Positions 60,035 to 64,000 of a stretch of 64,000 nt of DNA are shown piece by piece. The notes below the pieces were generated by a model. It did not search any database and was not told the DNA's origin. It was given only the letters and a program-made list of their open reading frames with translations. Made by a program: the position numbers and the translations under genes. Each line of letters begins with the position of its first letter. Within the stretch, counting starts at the first letter, position 1. The DNA comes from Squalus acanthias (taxonomy: Eukaryota). The stretch spans positions 35,838,001 through 35,902,000 of the forward strand of contig CM059432.1 in NCBI GenBank assembly GCA_030390025.1, in the 5' to 3' direction.

Positions 60035-60075
60035 TCACCTGAGGAAGGGGCCACGTAAGCTCCGAAAGCTTGTGA
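60035..60075 (+). ncRNA. Minimal type I hammerhead ribozyme motif
   Basis: tcac-CTGAGGA-a-GGGGC-cacgtaa-GCTCC-GAAA-G-CTT-gtga: conserved core, 5-bp stem II, stem I tcac/gtga, palindromic AAGCTT stem III. Confidence 0.75.
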
Positions 60076-60280
60076 TTTCAAATAAAACTGTTGGACTATA
60101 ACCTGGTGTTGTGCGACTTCTCATGAAAGGGTGATGGAAGCAGATTCAATAGTAACTTTCAAAAGAGAATTGGATAAATACTTGAAGGGGAAAGATTTGC
60201 AGGGCTCTGGGGAAAGAGCGGGGGAATGGGACTAATTGGATTGCTCTTTCAAACAACCGGCATAGGCACGATGGGCCGAT

Positions 60281-60684
60281 GGGGTATGGTAGCATAGTGT
60301 TTATGTTACTAGATTAGTAATCCAGAGGCCTGGACTAATGATCCGGAGACATGAGTTCAAATCCCACCACGGCAGCTGGGGAATTTAAATTCAATGAAAT
60401 AAATCTGGAATAAAAAGCTAGTATCAATAATGGTGACCATGAAACTACCGGATTGTCGTAAAAATCCATCTGGTTCACTAATGTCCTTTAGGGAAGGAAA
60501 TCTACCCGGTCTGGCCTATATGTGACTCCAGACCCACAGCAATGTGGCTGACTCTTAACTGCCCTCTGAAATGCCACTTATTCAAGAAGGTGGCTCACCA
60601 CCACCTTCTCAAAGGAAATTAGGGATGGGCAATAAATGCTGGCCTTGCAGACGACGCCCACATCCCATGTATGAATTTTAAAAA
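60281..60684 (+). mobile_element. Full-length tRNA-headed SINE with RTEX-type tail
   Basis: A box tagcatagtg and B box gagttcaaatcc. The body corresponds to 36417-36712 and the tail to the RTEX 3' end (35770-35870). Confidence 0.85.
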
Positions 60685-60819
60685 TGGCCTCCTACTGTGC
60701 TGTCTTCTTTGCTTCTAGGTTGGGGAAGACCAGGAATCATGAGTATAAATTACACAAAGCAAGAAATAGATCAGATCTTGGGTGGTTCTTCTTTCCCCAG
60801 AGAATAGTAGACCTGTGGC

Positions 60820-61752
60820 AAAGGCTTTAAACTAGTAAGAAGGGGGGAGGGATCTACAAGAAACGTATGCAGCCTAAATATAAACAAAACAGGAAAAGTG
60901 AGCATAGGAAAGAATAAAGTAAGGGAGGACATTGATGGCAAGGGAACAAATAGAGTTAAACAGGGGGGAAAAATTCAGTTGATTTGCGCCTCCCGTTGGC
61001 GCTAACGGGGGCGCAAAGCAACTAGCGCCTGGGCGTGGCGCCTCCCGCGAAATTCAGCGGGAGGTTAGCAGCAGCCCGGCTGCGATCGTCGGTAGCACCC
61101 CCTGACTTACCGCTGGACGCTATGTCCGACAGGGTCAGAGGGGCCTACCTGCGGCCGGGGCGGTGCAAATTAAAGGGGAGGTGCCAGGCGGCCATTTTTG
61201 TTGCTGGCCACCTGCCAGCACCTGCCCCCGTTGCTGTCCCCGGCCTTCTGTGCAGCCCCCCGCGGAGTGCCGGCTGCACTCCGTGAGCCCGGCACTTCTC
61301 TTGAGTGCCGGGCTCTTTTGCCGGCACTCCGATACCTGGTGGCCCAGCTGGGCCCCGGGTCGCGCTGCGCTCGGCCCCTCCCCTTTAATAAGGGGAGGAA
61401 GGCCTGCAGTGCCACAGCACGTAGCGCCGTGATATTCACTTGCAGCGCACCAAGAGGGAGGCGGGGCGCATCCAGTAGCGCCCCGCCTCCCTCTTGGGGC
61501 GCTACCAGTGAATTTCGGGTACAGGGGCACTAATTTTTTCAGGCCGCTTAAAGTAGGCCCAAAGGGGGCGCGACCCAATTTTTCCCCCCAGGAGTCTAAA
61601 AAGATGGTAAAACATAAATTGAGAGGAAATCCTATTAAAAATGAGTTAAACTGTCTGTACAGCAATGCACACAGTGTCCGAAATAAAACAGGGGAGCTGG
61701 AGGCAATCATGCGTTGGGAGGAATCAGACATAGTAGGGATTACTGAGACATG
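60820..61752 (+). mobile_element. CR1 ORF1/ORF2 junction fragment
   Basis: 'gctttaaactag' ORF1 end, then LNCLYSNAHSVRNKTGELEA...DIVGITETW (APE start); interrupted by a MITE. Confidence 0.75.
60964..61588. mobile_element. Harbinger-family MITE
   Basis: Perfect 12-bp terminal inverted repeats gggggaaaaatt / aatttttccccc and TSD cag. The 5' ~45 nt nearly match 8201-8245. CpG-rich, so probably young. Confidence 0.9.
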
Positions 61753-61808
61753 GGGGCTGATTTTCTCAATGGGAAGCTTTTGGAGGCGGGACTCCCACTT
61801 GTCGGGTT

Positions 61809-62116
61809 TCACAGAATCCCCACAGTGCAGATAGAGGCCATTTCGGCCCATCGAGCCTGCACCGACACATATCCCACCCTATTCCCATAACCCCACGTAT
61901 TTAATCCCCCCTAACACTAAGGGTCAATTTATCATAGCCAAATCAACCTAACCCGCACATCTTTGGACTGTGGGAGGAAACCGGAGCACCCGGAGGAAAC
62001 CCACGCAGACACGGGGAGAATGTGCAAACTCCACACAGACAGTCACCCGAGGCCGGATTCGAACCCGGGTCCCTGGCGCTGTGAGGCAACAGTGCTAACC
62101 ACTATGCCACCATGTT
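61809..62116 (-). mobile_element. HE1-type V-SINE
   Basis: Reverse complement of the 53718 head and V domain, with a different short tail. Confidence 0.88.
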
Positions 62117-62621
62117 CAGTCCCGCCTCCATCAGCTTCTGTCCAACCAGTGGGATTTTCCCCTGATTGACCTTGTTAAGCCCGCCCGGCGGGTTTAGCAG
62201 GCCAATTAGGGCGAAGCCAGTTGCAGAGCACGTTAGCGTATGACATGTCATCTGTCAAGAATTTTTGAAAGAAGAAATGTCATCGTTTGACAGCTCTGTG
62301 AAGCTGTCAAACACTGACATTCTGTGTAGTTTGATGAGTCCTTGTGTTCAGGACTCATCAAACCTTTCTACTTTGCAGAAATCAGATGACTGTTGGATCG
62401 GAGGATGCAGCAGCCAGTCTGTGATCTCTACAATGGAGATGTCGGGGACTCTGGCTCCACAGCGGCTGATGGCTGCAGGAAGAAACAAAGGTAAGTTAAC
62501 ATTTTCTAACACTTTACACTCACCTCACATACTTACCACTCCACACTTGCACCCATCACTCACCTCTACAGCGCACTTTCAGACCCCTCCAACCCCCGCA
62601 GACCCACTGCTCACCTCCTAC

Positions 62622-63080
62622 ACCCTTTTGATGGGCTAGTCCTAAATCACACGGTGCCTTTATCCACTGGGTCACTGGGGGAAGGCCAAATGGTAAGTTA
62701 TCTTCAAACCCTGCTCACCCCCCCCTAATGCACATTGAGAAGTGTCTGAAAGGTGCTGAAATTCTTTGAATATTTGATGGAACTGGTTCATGGTGGTCTT
62801 ATAGAGGATGTTACAGATCTAGAAAGGGCAAAAGTTACTATTCGACTGTAAGCGGCATCACAGTCGAACTCAATCCTGTCCTCATCCAATATTCACACGT
62901 GTATAACATATTTAGAAAAGATAGAGAGGGGGGGAAAAGGGGAGGTGAAGTAGCTGTACGTATTAGGGATAACATAATGGCAGTAGAAAAAAGTGACGCA
63001 GCTATCAGCAAGACAAAAATAGAATTCATATGGATAGAGATAAAAGATAATAAAGGATCAATCACACTAATAGGTGTAGT
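62622..63080 (-). repeat. Inverted near-identical copy of 4112-4569
   Basis: I counted 6 mismatches in the ~277-nt non-LINE part. The CR1 junction and the first ~180 nt of CR1 are identical except in a G-run. Confidence 0.92.
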
Positions 63081-64000
63081 CTACAGACCACCTAATAGTG
63101 GAAGGGAGGTGGAGGAAGAACCATACAGACAAATTAGAGAAATTAGTAAAAAACATAGAATAATAATCATGGGGGATTTCAACTACCCCGATATTAATTG
63201 GACAGAAGAGGTCGGTAAAGGGGATAAGGGAATGGAGCTGCTACAATGTCTACAGGATTCTTTTCTAACCCAATATGTAAAAAGCTCAACAAGGGAGGAT
63301 TCACTATCAGATATAGTTATGGGGAATGAGCCAGAGCAGATAAGAGAAGTAAAAGTAGGGGAACATATAGGCAATAGTGACCATAGTATAATACGCTTTA
63401 AGATGATAATGGAGAAGGGCATAAGAATGACAAAAACCAAGTTAATAGATTGGAGAAAAGCTTATTTTGAGGGTCTGAGAATAGAACTTGGGAAGATAAA
63501 ATCGGCAACAATATTGGCAAACAATGTTGTAGAACGACAATGGGAAATATTTAAAACGGTGTTCAACAGAGTGCAGGAAAAATATATTCTGCTAAAAGGA
63601 AAGAACAAACTAAACACTAATGAGACTCCATGGATGAATAAAGACATAAGGAAACAATTGAGGGTAAGGAAAGGGGCATACATTAAGTACATAGACAGCA
63701 GAGGAGTGCATGATAAGAAAGAATACGAAGGGATTAGGAGAGAAGTCAAAAAAACAATTAGGAAGGCAAAGAGGAACTATGAAATTAAATTATCAAGGAA
63801 CATAAACAAAATAGTAAAATATTTTACAGGCACATCAATAAAAAAGGAAGGTTGCGATGGGAATAGGGCCATTAAGGGATGGACAGGACAATACCACAGG
63901 TAATGATAGGGAGCTGGCAGAAATATTAAATCATTATTTCGCTTTGGTATTTACCAGGGAGATAGAACAGGTGGACATGACATTGGATGATGAGATGAGT
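62899..64000 (+). mobile_element. CR1 LINE ORF2 (APE region), running off the window; same subfamily as 1555-4292
   Basis: ORF 62899-63903: YNIFRKDR...MGDFNYPDINW...SDHSII. Confidence 0.92.

Larger units (their letters stand above)
59799..60124. mobile_element. Penelope-like inverted pseudo-LTR (foldback) insertion
   Basis: Perfect 127-bp arms at 59846-59972 and 59998-60124 with a 25-nt spacer; TSD tgaaagggtgat (59787-59798, 60124-60135); inserted in a CR1 3' end. Confidence 0.85.

Noticed and set aside
59869..60101. Twin 70-aa ORFs on opposite strands
   Set aside because: An artefact of the perfect inverted repeat, with no coding signal.
60964..61588. CpG-island promoter or cluster of GC-rich ORFs
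   Set aside because: Bounded exactly by terminal inverted repeats and a TSD, so it is a MITE. The ORFs reflect high GC content.

Overview
Repeat-dense vertebrate genomic DNA, almost certainly from a shark (HE1-type V-SINEs, Deu-type SINEs, CR1, L2 and RTEX-like LINEs, Harbinger DNA transposons, Penelope-type foldback). Two convergent host genes are present. On the + strand are the last five coding exons of kinesin KIF9 (4946-29191), intact with canonical, phase-compatible splice sites. On the - strand are six exons (53490 down to 30692) of a divergent tubulin that I recognise as zeta-tubulin; none of these is captured by the ORF track. The tubulin gene carries three independent disabling lesions (GT>CT donor, frameshifting 63-nt exon, TGA in the AYLHWY motif), so it looks like a decaying pseudogene. 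It also contains an 11-kb U12-type intron, and its 5' exons are not visible in the window. Notable mobile-DNA structures include: a fully intact two-ORF CR1; a triple nest (CR1 in RTEX in Harbinger); an RTEX-like LINE whose 5' end is a tRNA-like Pol III head shared with a partner SINE; a perfect 127-bp foldback carrying two minimal hammerhead motifs; a 51-bp minisatellite with an internal inversion; and a ~460-bp inverted templated duplication linking the two ends of the window. All family and gene assignments are from recognition and memory, not database searches.
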